NCBI GenBank assembly: GCA_013265495.1
Contig: MU057724.1
Span: 1-64,000, forward strand
Length of the DNA stretch: 64,000 nucleotides
Direction of reading: 5' to 3'
Origin: Vicugna vicugna
Taxonomy: Eukaryota
The position numbers were made by a program, and so were the translations under genes. The notes under the pieces were generated by a model. That model searched no databases. It worked only from the letters and a program-made list of their open reading frames with translations, and was not told the origin of the DNA. Shown here in pieces: positions 11,760-23,820 of the stretch; within the stretch, counting starts at the first letter, position 1; each line of letters begins with the position of its first letter.

Positions 11760-12361
11760 TGATGCAGGAAAACAGATGTGGGGGCACGAGAAGGGCTGTG
11801 TCCCAGGCCTCGGTTGAGCCCCTGGGACGTGCCCCGCCAAGTGTGGGTCCTTGGCTTTGCACAGGAAAGAATTCAAGAGTGAGCCACAGTTGAATAAGGT
11901 AGATTTATTCAGAGAGATACATTGAAAGGCAAGAGAAAGGCTACAAGGTTTGGGGGTTGGGTGCTGAGATTAAAAGTAGGTACACACTCCACAGGCAGAG
12001 TGCGGGCAGTCTCCTCTTCATGTTGCCAGTTTTTATGGGCTTGGTGGCTTCATATGCTAATAAGTGGAAGGGCCAGTCTAAGTGGCCTGGGGAGGGGGCT
12101 GGGATTCCCAGGAATTTGGCCATTTCCCACTCTGACCTTTTGTGGCTAGCCTTGGGACTGCCATGGTGCCTGTGGGCGTGTTATTCACCATGCTGATAAA
12201 TTACAATGGGCATATAATGAAGCTCAAGATCTGCTAGAAGTTAAATCTCTCATCATCATGAGCCTCAAGGCCTACTGGGGGTTGAATCTTTCACCATTTT
12301 GATGTTAATTGCCATAGCATTCCTTGAGCGGCTGTGCCTTGCCCTCTTCCAGCCTGTCTCA
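11760..12361 (-). mobile_element. Solo LTR, ERV1 class (602 bp, TG...CA, 4-bp TSD gttc)
   Basis: gttc|tgatg ... tctca|gttc boundaries. Minus-strand AATAAA at 11904-11909 and a TATA-like CATAAAAA near 12030. Confidence 0.85.
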
Positions 12362-12404
12362 GTTCCACCAAGATAGAGTCGCTCCATTCCTTCTAAGTTT
12401 CCTG

Positions 12405-13125
12405 TCTATCAGAATGGCTAAAATAAAAAATAGTGACCACACCAAATGAAGTGGAGAAACTGGATCACTCACACATTGCTGGTGGGACTGTAAAAAGGCT
12501 CAGCTACCCTGGAAAACGGTTTGGCAGTTTCTTGTAAGACTAAACATGCAGTTACCACACAACTTAACAGTTGTGTTATTTATCCTAGAGAATGAAAATT
12601 ACATTCACAGAAGATCATGTGCACATTGTTCATAGCGGCTTTATTCATAGTAGCCCCAGACTGGGAACAACGCAAATGTCCTTTAAAGGGTGACTGGTGA
12701 AACAAGCTGTGATCTGTCCACAGTAATAAAAAGAAAAGGACCTGGTGGATGTCCAGGGAATTATGCTGAGCACTAAAAGCCAGTCCTAAAGGGCAACATG
12801 GGTGGTTACATGTATATATTATTCTTTAATTGACAAGGTTGTAGAAGTACAAAACTGATTAGTGGTTGGCAGGGATTAGGAAATGAGGCAGGGAGGGGGC
12901 TGTGTTTTGCTTTAAAAAGGCAGTACAGGATATGCTCTCGGTGTTGGAGTTGTTCTCTCTCTGACAGTACCGGTATCAACATTCTGGCTGTGATGCTGTA
13001 CTGTAGTTTTGCAGAATGTTACCATTGGAGGAACTGGGTGAGGCTTACAAGGGCTTCTTCTGTTTCTGACAACTGTATATGAAGCAACTGTTGTCTCAAA
13101 ATAACAGGTTTAAGTAAATAAAATT
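12405..13125 (+). mobile_element. L1 (L1MC-like) 3' end
   Basis: agaatggctaaaataaaaaatagtgac..ctggatcactcacacattgctggtggga..ggtttggcagtttctt..gttaccattggaggaactgggtga. Confidence 0.8.
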
Positions 13126-13452
13126 TTCTTAAGCGTTTTAAACAAATTGCTGCTATCGGGGCTCCTAATATGGCAGAGGTAGCACACAGAAGCATTCCTA
13201 TTGTAGATAAGTGCTGGCTTTGCAGTTTGTTTTATGGTTGGTTTTTTTCCCCTTATGGCTTGGTCAATTAGTCTGTGAACTTATAGCTTTATAATTATTT
13301 CAGGATTATTTTTTGAGTTTTCATCTGTGCTCCAGTCATTTTCCTTGTCTTTTATAACTTAATCAATTCTAATTACTACTTTTTCTTCTTGTCATTTGGC
13401 TTTAATTCAAAGAATCTTAGCAAGGTTGTGCGTAGGCATTGAGTCCGGAAGA

Positions 13453-13552
13453 TTTGAAATAAGACATTGCTTTTATTATCTCAATTTTGTGTTATTTGTG
13501 ACTTTGAAATAAGACATTGCTTTTATTATTTCAATTTTGTGTTATTTGTGAC
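13453..13552. repeat. Tandem duplication, 2 x 50 bp with one mismatch
   Basis: tttgaaataagacattgcttttattat(c/t)tcaattttgtgttatttgtgac occurs twice. Confidence 0.95.
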
Positions 13553-13639
13553 TTGGGAAAAGTAACATGCATAAAACCTCATTTTGATAAGTAACCTTAT
13601 CAACTGACCATTTTTATCTATTTTCTTTTTCTTTAACAG

Positions 13640-13816
13640 AACCTACTACATCTGAGGGCACCAGTGGTATTACAGCTATAACATGGAGTTCCAGTGGAAG
13701 TGATCTGTCAGATGAAGATAAAAATTTTAAACCACAGAGGGATAGCAGACATGGTTGTAGAATAGACAGATTTGATAACAGGAATATTTCATGTCCACAG
13801 GATGGGACCAGTGAAG
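13640..13816 (+). CDS. SPIDR: SPIDR coding exon 4 (EPTTSEGTSGITAITWSSSGSDLSDEDKNFKPQRDSRHGCRIDRFDNRNISCPQDGTSE)
   Basis: Polypyrimidine tract with taacag| acceptor and GAAG|gtaaat donor; phase 1-1, 177 nt. Contains conserved ITWSSSGSDLSDEDK. Confidence 0.93.
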
Positions 13817-14098
13817 GTAAATTGATAATTTTGTAAGAAATTTAGTTTCTGTTATAGATTGGATTTCAATATTGGAAAAAACGTATACTCCTTTTCTAAT
13901 ACTTAGTATTGATTATGATCGTACTAGGTCTCAGTATCCCAGCCATTTAGAAACATTTTCTCATAATAATTCTCACAGTAACTCTAAGAGATAGGCATTA
14001 CCAGTATTATTTGTACAGTTAGTTTAAGCTTCAACATGTTAGAATTGGTTGAATTCCACTTTGGTTCTCTTTGGTGACAAAGCCAGTTCTCTAAAGTA

Positions 14099-16653
14099 CA
14101 CTGTGATACTGTGGGTTTTCTTCCAGACCACTGTAGTGAAGTGAATGTTGCAGTAACAGAAGTTACATGAATTTCTTGGTGTTCCAGTGCATATAAAAGT
14201 TGCTTATATACCTCTGCAGTCTGTTAAGTGTGCAACAGCATTATGTCTACAAAAGACAAAGTACCATACCCTAATTAAGAAACGGTTTATTGCTGAAAAT
14301 TGCTGGCCATCATCTGAGTCTTCAGCGAGTTGTAACTTTTTGTTGGTGGAGGGTCTTCCCTCATTGTTGATGGATGCTCACTGATCAGGGGGTGGTTGCT
14401 GAAGGTTGGGGTTGGTGTGGCAGTTTCCTAAAAAGCAGCAATGAAGTTTGCTGCATTGAGTGACTCTTTCTTTCACAAATGATTTCTCTGGAGCGTGCAA
14501 TGCTGTGTGATAGCATTTTACCAACAGTAGAACTTCTTTCAAAGTTGGAGTCAGTCAGTCCTCTCAAGCCCTGCCACTGCTTTACCAGCTAAGTCTGTAT
14601 AACATTCTAAGTCCTTTATTATCATTTCAACAATCCTCAGAGCATCTTCGCCAGGAGTAGATTCCATCTCAAGAAACCACTTTCTGGGGGGAGGGGGCTT
14701 TATAGCTCAGCGGTGGAGTGTGTGCTTAGAATGCACAAGGCCCTGGGTTCAATCCCCAGTACCTCCATTAAAGGAAAAAAAAAAAGAGAAAACTTATTTT
14801 AAAAAAATAAAGGAAAGAAACCACTTTCCTTGCTCATCCCTAAGAAGCAACTCCTTATCCATTAAGGTTTTATCTTGAGGTTGGAATGATTCAGTCCCAC
14901 CTTCAGGCTCCACTTCTGATTCTAGTTCTCTTGCTGTTTCCACCATATCTGCAGTTCCTTTCTCCACTGAAGTCTTGAACCCCTCCAAGTCATTCATGAG
15001 CATAGCAATCCACTCCTTCCAGACTCCTGTTAATGTTGCTAGTTTGACCTCTTCCCATGCACGAATCATGAATGTTCTTAATGGCATGTAAAATGATGAA
15101 TCCTTTCCAAAAGGTTTTCCACTGACTTGGTCCAGATCCATGTGGGGAGTCACCATCTGTGGCAGCTATAGCCTTGTGAAATGTATTTCTTCAGTAATAA
15201 GAGATTGAAATGACTGCTTGATCCACGGGCTGCAGAATGGATGTTGTGTTAGCAGGCATGAAAACAACTGGCATTCCATTGTCCGTCTCCATCAGAGCTC
15301 GTGGGGGGCCAGATGCATTGTCAGTGAGCAGTAATATTTTGAGAGGACTTTTTTTTCCTGAGCAGGAGGTCTCAAGAGTGGGCTTAAAGTATTCAGTAAG
15401 CCATGTTGTAAACAGATGGACTGTCATCCAGGCTTTGTTGTTCCATTTATAGAACACAGGCAGAGTTGACTTAGCATCATTCCGAAGGGCCCTAGGATTT
15501 TCTGAATGGTAGAAGAGCATTGGCTTCGACTTCGGGTCGCCAGCTGCATCAGCCCCTGACGAGACAGTTGGCCTGTCCTGTGAGCTTTGAAACCAGGCTT
15601 TGACTTCTCCTCTGGCCATGGAAGTCCTGGTGGCGTCGTCTTCCAATAGAAGGCTGTTCCATCTGCATTGAAAATCTGTTGCTTAGGGTAGCCTCCTCAT
15701 GAACTCTCGGAGTTGGATCATCTGGAGAACGTGGTGCAGCTTCTACATCAGCTTCACCTTGAGCTTTTATGTCATAGAGACGACTTCTTTCCTTAAACCT
15801 CGTGAGCCAACCTCTGCTAGCTTCAGACTTCTCTCCTGCAGCTTGCTTACCTCTGTCAGCCTTCATAGGGTTGAAGAGCATTAGGGCCGTGCTCTGGATG
15901 AGGCTTTGGCTGAAGGGAAGGTTGTTTCCGGTTTGGTCTTCTGTCCAGACCGGTGAAACTATCTCCATATCGGCAGTAAGGCTGTTTTGCTTTCTTACTA
16001 TTCATGTGTTCACTGGAGGGGTACTTTCAATTTCCTTCAAGAACTTTTTCTTTGCATTCACGACTTGGCTAACTGTTTGGCTCAAGAGGCATAGCTTCCG
16101 GCCTATCCTGGCTTTCGATGTGCCTTCCTCACTAAGATTAATCATTTCTAGCTTTGGATTTAAGGGAGGGACGTGCAAGTCTTCCTTTCACTTGAACACT
16201 TTGAGGTCACTGTAGGGCTCTTAATTGTCCTATTACCCGTATTGTTGTGTCTCAGGGGAGAGGGAGAAAAGGAAGCAAGGAAAGGAAGAAGGTGGGTTGG
16301 TGGAGCCGTCAAAACACACGTTTATCCAAAACAAAACAAAACAAAACAAACAAACAAAAAGAACACACGTTTATCAGTTAAGTTCTCCATCTTATATGGG
16401 CCCAGTTCATGGTGCCCCAAAACAATTACAGTAGTAACATCAAAGATCACTGATCACAGATCACTGTAACAAATACAAGAATTATTTAAAAGTTTGAAAC
16501 ATTGTGAGAATTACCAAAATGTAACACAAAGACAAAAAGTAAGCAAATGCTATTGGAAAAATGCCGCCCATGGACTCGAAAGAAACGTTTGTTAAAAAGC
16601 ACAGTCTCTGCAAATAGCAATAACGTGAAGGACAGTAAAATGAGCCACGCCTC
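14099..16653 (-). mobile_element. Near full-length Tigger1 DNA transposon with decayed pogo-family DDE transposase
   Basis: Minus-strand ORF pieces with Tigger1 transposase motifs ([49 protein letters not shown]). Start codon appears as GTG near 16208-16210; frameshifted. Confidence 0.92.
14686..14814 (+). mobile_element. vic-1-type SINE inserted in Tigger1
   Basis: gggggagggggctttatagctcagcggtggag...gggttcaatccccagtacctccattaaa plus A-tail. TSD aagaaaccactttc at 14671-14684 and 14815-14828. Confidence 0.9.
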
Positions 16654-16792
16654 TGGTGCATAGAGCTACACCCATGTTGTCTCCTTGCTAACTTATTTTG
16701 GGTAAATGCTATCGTAACTAATGTGTCGTGGAAATATTACTGCAGTTTCTATTCTCATGCATTTTGTATTGTATCATGTTGACAGTTTAGAA

Positions 16793-17011
16793 CAGAGTTT
16801 CTCAACCTTGGCATTAATGCCATTTGGGATCAGATAATTCTTTGTTGGGTGAGAGGCTTTCCTGTGCATTCTAGGGTGTCTAGTAGTATCTCTGGTCTCT
16901 GTCCACCAGGTGACAGTAGCTCACTCAGCCCCAGTTGTGACAACCAAAAATGTCTCCAGATCTTGTCGGATGTTCCTTTTAGGACAGAATCACCCCAAGT
17001 TGAGAACCACA
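16793..17011. mobile_element. MER20 hAT-Charlie MITE
   Basis: cagagtttctcaacctt..gataattctttgttgg..ccagttgtgacaaccaaaaatgtctccaga..gttgagaaccac. Confidence 0.88.
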
Positions 17012-19594
17012 GACTTAAAATTATGAAAATCATGTCCTTTTCCAATTTTTAAGGTACATAACTCATTTGGAGTATTTTAAAAAGTCTTAATGCTTTTAAA
17101 GTGAGCTTTGATTTTTTACTTTGACTGTTGGTATTGGTTAGTTACGTAGTTAGTCAAGGTTAAATTTATACAGACAGCATCTTTTGAAGGTGATTAAATT
17201 CTTTTGGCCACTGTATGTGCTATTTTGGTGATAACCGTTAATTGACATTTTAGTAATAGCCAAGTGAAGTGGTATTTTAAGGTTATACATAGTCTCACAG
17301 GGCTTATATTGTTAATTCAACCATATTAAATGAAATTCATTGGTATGTAACTCTTGGTTTGTCTTCATGCACTTCAAAACATATTTCATAATTTAAAACT
17401 ATGATTTCTGTGAGTGAACAGTATGGTATATGAATTACATCTAAGAAAAGCTGACACTTTAAAAAAACTTTCTTCTAATTAAAAGACATACTCAGTAGTT
17501 TCCGAAATTCTATTTGAGAACGGAAAAAAATGCTTTGAGCTAATTACTGTAAGGTGAGTTAATGAGTTAACAAATTGTTGACTTCTCTTAAATAAGATGA
17601 GCTTTAGGTAACAAGGAATCCCTTGGAGCACATCTAAGTGTGCAACTGCTGGTTTGTCTTTCTCCTCTCCACTCTTCTTCCCTGGCCTCTCCTTTCCTCC
17701 TCCCTCCTTTTTACCTTTAGTTGCCATTTGTGAGCCTTGTTTTATCCCAGACACTTGACTGGATGTCATGTAGGTTATTTCCTTTGATACCTACTACAGT
17801 CTGTGAGCTACGTATCCTCATTTTACAAAAGAAAATTGGGACTTAGAGGACAGAGTAATATAATTAATAACTGTGCCAACTGATATTTAGACCCAGGAAT
17901 GTCTGACTTCAGTGCTGTGTGCTTCAGTACTACTTGGTGGTTCCCAGACACACTTTCTTATCAAAACTACAGGTGACCTTTACAAACAATGCTCCCGTAC
18001 CTTCTTCCAGCTGTGTTGTATTTGAGTCTCTGAGCTTTGAGGGTGAGAATTGGGATTGAGAGGAAAGAGCCTGAGTTAAAACTGTCAAAATATTTTTCTT
18101 TAACAAAAAGTTTCCTCCCTCTTTGTCTTTTATGTATCTTTGGGCAAATTTCAAAACCTTTTTGGAGACTCAGTTTTTTCATCTGTATAATGAAAATTTT
18201 GGTTTAACAGTGATTGACTTGCCTGCTTCATAAAATTATTGTGCCCACATGAAAGCTCTTGTTGGAGGAGCAGTGTTCTGTATTCTCTCCTGGCTTTTTT
18301 GTTTGTTTGTTTGTTTTCATTTTTGTGTCTAGAATGGCACCATAGGCTCTTAGTAGGCCCTAGTTTTATTGAATGAATGAGGACACAGATGGTAGGTACT
18401 GGCAACAGGGGCAGTGCCCTGAGGGGACTTGCCCCCTCCTTGGCTTTCTGTGGCTTCTTGCTCTGATGGCTCAGTAACTGGAGAATTTCTAATGCTTTCT
18501 TTTTTGCCTGGCTTTCCTGAGTAAAGGTGGTGTTACCTGTGGGGACATGCGTTAGACAATTGCCGCTACGTGTCTGGTTCTCAAAGCAGTCTGGCTGCCA
18601 GCCTTTGTCATCATTTCAGTGGACTTTTACCTCATCTTCTGAAGCAACAGTATCCAACTAAAGAAGATAATTTTTGGCTTAGTTTATACCATACTTTTAA
18701 TTTTGTTTTTCCTTTTTTTTTTTCTTCCATGTTTGGTTTTTATTTTGAATTTCCTTTAGATATTAAGCTGTAAGTTTTTTTTGTTTTTAATTTTACTTCT
18801 ATTTGGAGGTGAGATTATTGCTATCAGACCTCTGAAATAGGGCCAAGATATTTTATTAGACCTCTGAGTTGTTGAATAGTTGTGAGGGAGTACTTGTGCT
18901 TTGTGCTAAGGAGAGGTCTGTGTTATACACCATACCTCTGAGATTAATTTATCTTTAATAACTACTTTCGTACCTTTAAGCATAGCAGATTAGAGTCAGT
19001 ACATTTGGTTATTTAATATATAAAAATGAACTTTCAAATTAAAATACTACGAAAGTAATATCTATATAATAATACATATGAGGTAAATTAGAAACTACAT
19101 TTACTTTGTTTCCTTACTAATGAGAGAAATCTATAGAAAATTTTTGGGCTAATAATCTTTGAAAAATTCCTTGTTAATAGAAGATATTAAATAAGCTGTG
19201 AGTCAGCTACGCGACAGAATACCGTGTTGTGGAAAAGAACGAGGATGTAATCTGTTTACTTATGGGGAGAAACCTCTCAGTTATGTTAGGTAACAAAAAA
19301 AAATCAAAGTGTATCAGAAAGGAGGACAAAATAATAGTGTATTTTTTGTGCTTGAACATAGAGAAACTCTAGAAGAATACGAAAACAATAGAAGTAGTTA
19401 CCTGAGAATTGCAGTGGCGGTAACAGTGGGGAGAAATGGGATCGTTACAGATAACTGTAGGATTATACTTTTGGCTGTCTTTTAGTGTATTTTTAAATTA
19501 TTAAGCAACATGGATCTTTTAAAACTACTGAGGGAAAATAGATTTAAAACACGTTAGAGATATTTAAAATTAAGTTTAAAATTGTTATTTTTAG

Positions 19595-19758
19595 ATGACC
19601 TACAACTTATTGACTGGGAGATTGACAGTGACAAGGAAGATCCTTCTGAGTGTGATGAATTTGAAGACTGTGAAAGTGCGGTGGAAATATCTGATGGTGC
19701 TTCCTGTGCGAGCAGTAGTTCTTTGACGCCTGCAGAGATGCTACCTGAACTTCCTAAG
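19595..19758 (+). CDS. SPIDR: SPIDR coding exon 5 (DDLQLIDWEIDSDKEDPSECDEFEDCESAVEISDGASCASSSSLTPAEMLPELPK)
   Basis: tttttag| acceptor and AAG|gtaaga donor; 164 nt. Matches recalled human ELQFIDWEIDSD...AVEISDCASCAS...ELPK. The gene continues beyond the window. Confidence 0.97.
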
Positions 19759-19899
19759 GTAAGAATGAATTGTTTGCAACTTTCCATTCTGTGTGTGGCA
19801 TTTGTTAGTCACAGCCTTTGGTGTTTTGTTTGCAACTCCTTCCTCAGGGACAGCCACTCTTGACTCTTCATGGATTCTTTTGTTCTTTAACTCCTTTTT

Positions 19900-22260
19900 T
19901 CTAAATAATATGCTTGTAATGTTCTTTTAAACTGGATGAATTCTGAATTCTCTTCTCTTCACCCACTCCCCACCCCTGCTACACGTGGGACTTTCCCTCC
20001 CTCTCTTCCCCCAGGAAGATATCTCATGGTTTGGTTAGATTAGTTCAGCATTATGTAATTCTGAATAATAATGTTCATAACAAGGCAACTATTAATTGTG
20101 ATTTTCCTCCGTAGGTTTTTGTTTTTGTTGGAGTTAATCATTTGGGTTTCTGTATGCCTAGTTTTACTTACCATCAATAAAAGTAACTGGACCATTGTTT
20201 AGCTCTCCCATTAAGATTTTTCCGGCATAGAAAGCATTATGTCAGTTTTGTTTTTTTGGAGAACTCTTAACCTCCTAGCTGCTCCAATTAAAACTGAGGG
20301 TCCTCTGTGCTTTGTGAACATTGCCACCCTTAAGTCTCCCTTCACCGTACTTCTGGGAATTCCCTTCACGTGTCTCCTGTGTGGAGTAGGCATTCAGCAT
20401 ACTTTGACGTTAATTGAAAATTAATTATAGACTTCTAGGTTGCAGATAATTTTTCTTCAGAATTTTGAAGGCGTTGCCATCAAGAAGCCTGAAACTGTTC
20501 TCATTCTTGATCTTGTATGATTTCTCTTTATCACTTGTTTTAAACTGTTTGTGATAGGCCTTAGTGTGGTTTTCTGCTTGGAGTTTGTCAAGCTTCTTGA
20601 ATCTGTGCTGTGTCAGAGGTCCCTACGCTTACTTCTGGGTTCAGGAATTCCCTAGGAAGACACTCATAACTCAGCATACAGTCATATGTGTGGCCGTGAT
20701 TTAGTACAATGAAAAGATACAAAAGCAAAATCTTCCAAGACTCTTTTTCCAGTAGAGTCACACAGGATATGCTTAATTGCTCCAGCAATGAGTTTGGACA
20801 ACACATGTAAGATGTTCTCTGCCAAGGGAGCTAATTAGCCACTCAGTGCCCAGGGTTTTTATTGGGGGTGATCTCTGCCTAGTATGTGCCAAAATTTAAC
20901 ATTTTAGGAAGGAAAAAATCCTTTAGGAAGGCTTAGTCACCATAAGCCATATTGTTTGCATAGTTCAGTCACAGGGAAACACTCTTATCATTAAGAGAAT
21001 GATAGGAACCCTCCTGAAATCTAAGTTCCTGGAGGCAGGCAAGGACCAACATTACAAGCGAGGCTTCTAAGGATACCCGTCTCAGGTCTGCTAAGTTAAC
21101 TGTCTTCTTCACGTGTGAGTTTAAAGTTTTCATCACATTTGGAGAGGTTTTTGCCTTTATTCAACACTTCTTTTCTGACTCCCCTTTTCCTTTTCTTCTG
21201 TGACTCCAATTATATGTATATTGATTAGGCTGTTTGATGTCATGTCATGGATTATTGATGCTGCATTCATTTTTCCCCTTCCTGTTTCATTTTGGGTGGC
21301 TTCTATTACTGTTTCTTCAAATATAATAATCTTTTTGCCTGCTGTTAATACTGTCCAGTGTATTTGTCATCTCTAAAAGTTTGTTGAGTCATTTTATATT
21401 GTTCTCTCCTTAACACGATCATGCATTCATCTATGTTTTGAACATAAAGAGTATATTTATAATAGTTGTTTTTATGGCTTTTTCTATAAATCTGTCTTCT
21501 GTGTCATTTCTGTGACTATTTTGGTTGATATTTCTTTTCATTATAGGCTGTGTTTTTCTGCTTCTTTAAATGCCTGGAAATTTTGGAGTAGAGACCAGAC
21601 ATTGTGAATTTTATGCTGCTGGGTGCTGGATTAAAAAAAAAAAATGTCTTTTAAGTATTTTGAGGCTTTGTTCTGGGGTGCAGTTACCTGAAACAGTTTT
21701 ATCCTTTTGGGTGTTGCTTTATGATTTATTAAGTGGGTCTGGAGAGTACTTAGTCTTATGTCTCGCTACTGAAGCAAGATCTTCCTGAGCTGAGTATTCT
21801 ATGTAATGCTCTGAATTATGGGTTTTTCCAGTCTGGTTGGCAGGAACAGCTACTGCTTCCTGACCCTGTGTAAGCACTTGGCACTGTTATTCTAATGCTT
21901 TCAGGTGGTTCTTTCCCTGGTCTAGGGTAGTTTCTTTATATGCACATGCTGATCAGTGCTCTGCCTAATACATGTTGGGGATTGTTGGGGTTCTCTATGA
22001 ATCTGGCTTTTTTGGTACTCTGTCCTATGAGCTCCAGCTACTTCTGTCTCCATGGACTCTCAGCTCTGTCTCTTCAACTCAGCGAGCCCACCAGACTCCA
22101 CCTCAATTTCCCCTCCCTGCTGTGTGGTTTGGAAATCCTTTTAAGATAGTAAGCTGGGGCAATTGTAGAGCTCAATTCTTTGTTTCCCAGCTTTCAGAAG
22201 TTAGTGTTGTTCTTGCCTGATGTCCAGTGTCTTGAAAACCATGGTTTCATGTATTCTGTC
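19900..22260 (-). mobile_element. Old antisense L1 fragments (3' UTR, ORF1 and 5' region), interrupted by an LTR
   Basis: T-rich degraded L1-like motifs (aattttttcttcagaattttgaagg; gactccaattatatgtatatt; ttgtgaattttatgctgctgggtgctgga). Confidence 0.55.
20609..21113 (-). mobile_element. ERVL-class LTR (MER21/MER77-like)
   Basis: tgtgtcagaggtccc..actcagcatacagtc..gatacaaaagcaaaatc..agtgcccagggtttttattgggg..gtctcaggtctgctaagttaact. Confidence 0.7.
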
Positions 22261-22261
22261 T

Positions 22262-22330
22262 AGTCCCGTCCCGTCCCATCCCGTCCCGTCCTGTCCCTTC
22301 CCTTCCCTGCCCTTCACGTCCCCTCTCCTC
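22262..22330. repeat. Pyrimidine-rich pentanucleotide microsatellite (CCCGT/CCCTT)n
   Basis: gtcccgtcccgtcccatcccgtcccgtcctgtcccttcccttccc read directly. Confidence 0.8.
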
Positions 22331-22374
22331 GTTATTCCATCATGGTCATCTTCCTTACCTTTCCGTGCAATCCA

Positions 22375-23820
22375 GGACATGAAAAGATGTTCATTATCCT
22401 TAGTCATTAGGAAGATGCAAATCATACCATAATGAGATATCACTGCATACCCATTAGGGTGGGTATGCTATTCGACATAAGTGGGGAAAAAAATGTTGTT
22501 GAGGATGTAGAGAAATTGAAACCCTTGTGTATTGCTGGTGGGAATGTAAAATGATGCAGCCACTGTGGAAGACAGTTTGGTGGTTTCTCAAAAAGTTAAA
22601 CATAGAATTACCATATGACCTGGTAATTTTGCATCTGAACATGTACCCAAAAGAATTGAAAGTAGGGGCTCAAACAGATACTTGCACATTACTGTTCATA
22701 GCGCCATTATTAAATGGGCAGATGGTAGAACCAACCCAAATATCCATCAACAGATGAATGAGTAAACAAAATGGGATGTGTTTGTGTGTGTGCGCGTGCG
22801 CATGCGCATGTGCGTGTATATAGACACACACAACCAAACTTGGGTCTGTTCACCTGAGCAGAGTAAAGCCTCATTGGATTGTGGTGAGGGAAAGTACGGT
22901 GTTCATTATAAGGCACCCCAGTGTGGGGCTGAGCAAGGAGAACGAGTGGCTCAGGCACAGGAGACTCGAACTCCCCAAGGCTTTCAGGGAAATGCTTTTG
23001 AAGACAGGGTGAGCAAGAGAGTTGCAGGGTGCCTGATCAGCTTGCAGACATTCTTCTGATTGTTTGGTGATGAGGTAATTAGGAGTCAGCATCATCAACC
23101 TTCTGGTTCCAGCCCATCTGGAGCCTACATGCTGTGGTCAGCATGCCGCTGACTTCTTCCACTTGGTAGGTGTTGCAGTATCTTTAAAACAGCTCAAGGA
23201 TGTGGCTCAGGATAATATCCAAAGACCCTGAGGAGGAACTAAAGGTTCTTAACTTTGTTTAATGACTGAACTATTATTATTTTGTCTTGTTGACTGTTTT
23301 CCTTCGTTTCTCCACTTTCTCACTTCTCTGATGAAATTTATTCTTTGGAGCTTGAGGTAGTCCTAAGAGGCTAAAGCTTTTCTGCAAACAGGATGCAGGA
23401 AACACAACAGGGTTCTGCTCAGTTTCATATACAGTAAGTTATTATTCAGCATTAAAAAAGGAATGAAATTCTGATACATGAAGCATTGTACAGTATGGAT
23501 GAACCTTGAAAACATTATGCCATGTAAATAAGCCAGACGCAAAAGGACAAATACTGTGTGATTCCACTTGCAGTCTCTAGAATAGGCAAATTCAAAGAGA
23601 CAGAGAGTAGATTAGAGGTTACCAGGGACTGAGGAGTAAGAGAGTTATTGTTTAAGTGGTTACAGAGTTTCTGTTTGGGATGATGAAAAAGTTCTAAAAG
23701 CAGATAGTGGCGGTAGTTGTACCAACATTATGAATGTACTTAACGCCATTGAGATGTACACTTGCAAATGGTTAATGTGGTAAGTTTTTTGTTAAGTATA
23801 TTTCACCACCATGAAAAAGG
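22375..23820 (+). mobile_element. L1MB-like 3' end split by an LTR insertion
   Basis: L1 ORF2 C-terminus ([29 protein letters not shown]) and 3' UTR that resumes at about 23430. Confidence 0.85.
22826..23427 (-). mobile_element. ERV1-class solo LTR (MER34-like) nested in L1
   Basis: aaccaaacttgggtc..gcagacattcttctgattg..gtcagcatcatcaaccttctggttcca..gaggaggaactaaagg..ctgctcagtttca end. Confidence 0.65.

Noticed and set aside
14686..14765. tRNA-like sequences with A and B boxes (also at 11384-11533)
   Set aside because: A-rich tails and TSDs identify them as SINEs, not tRNA genes.
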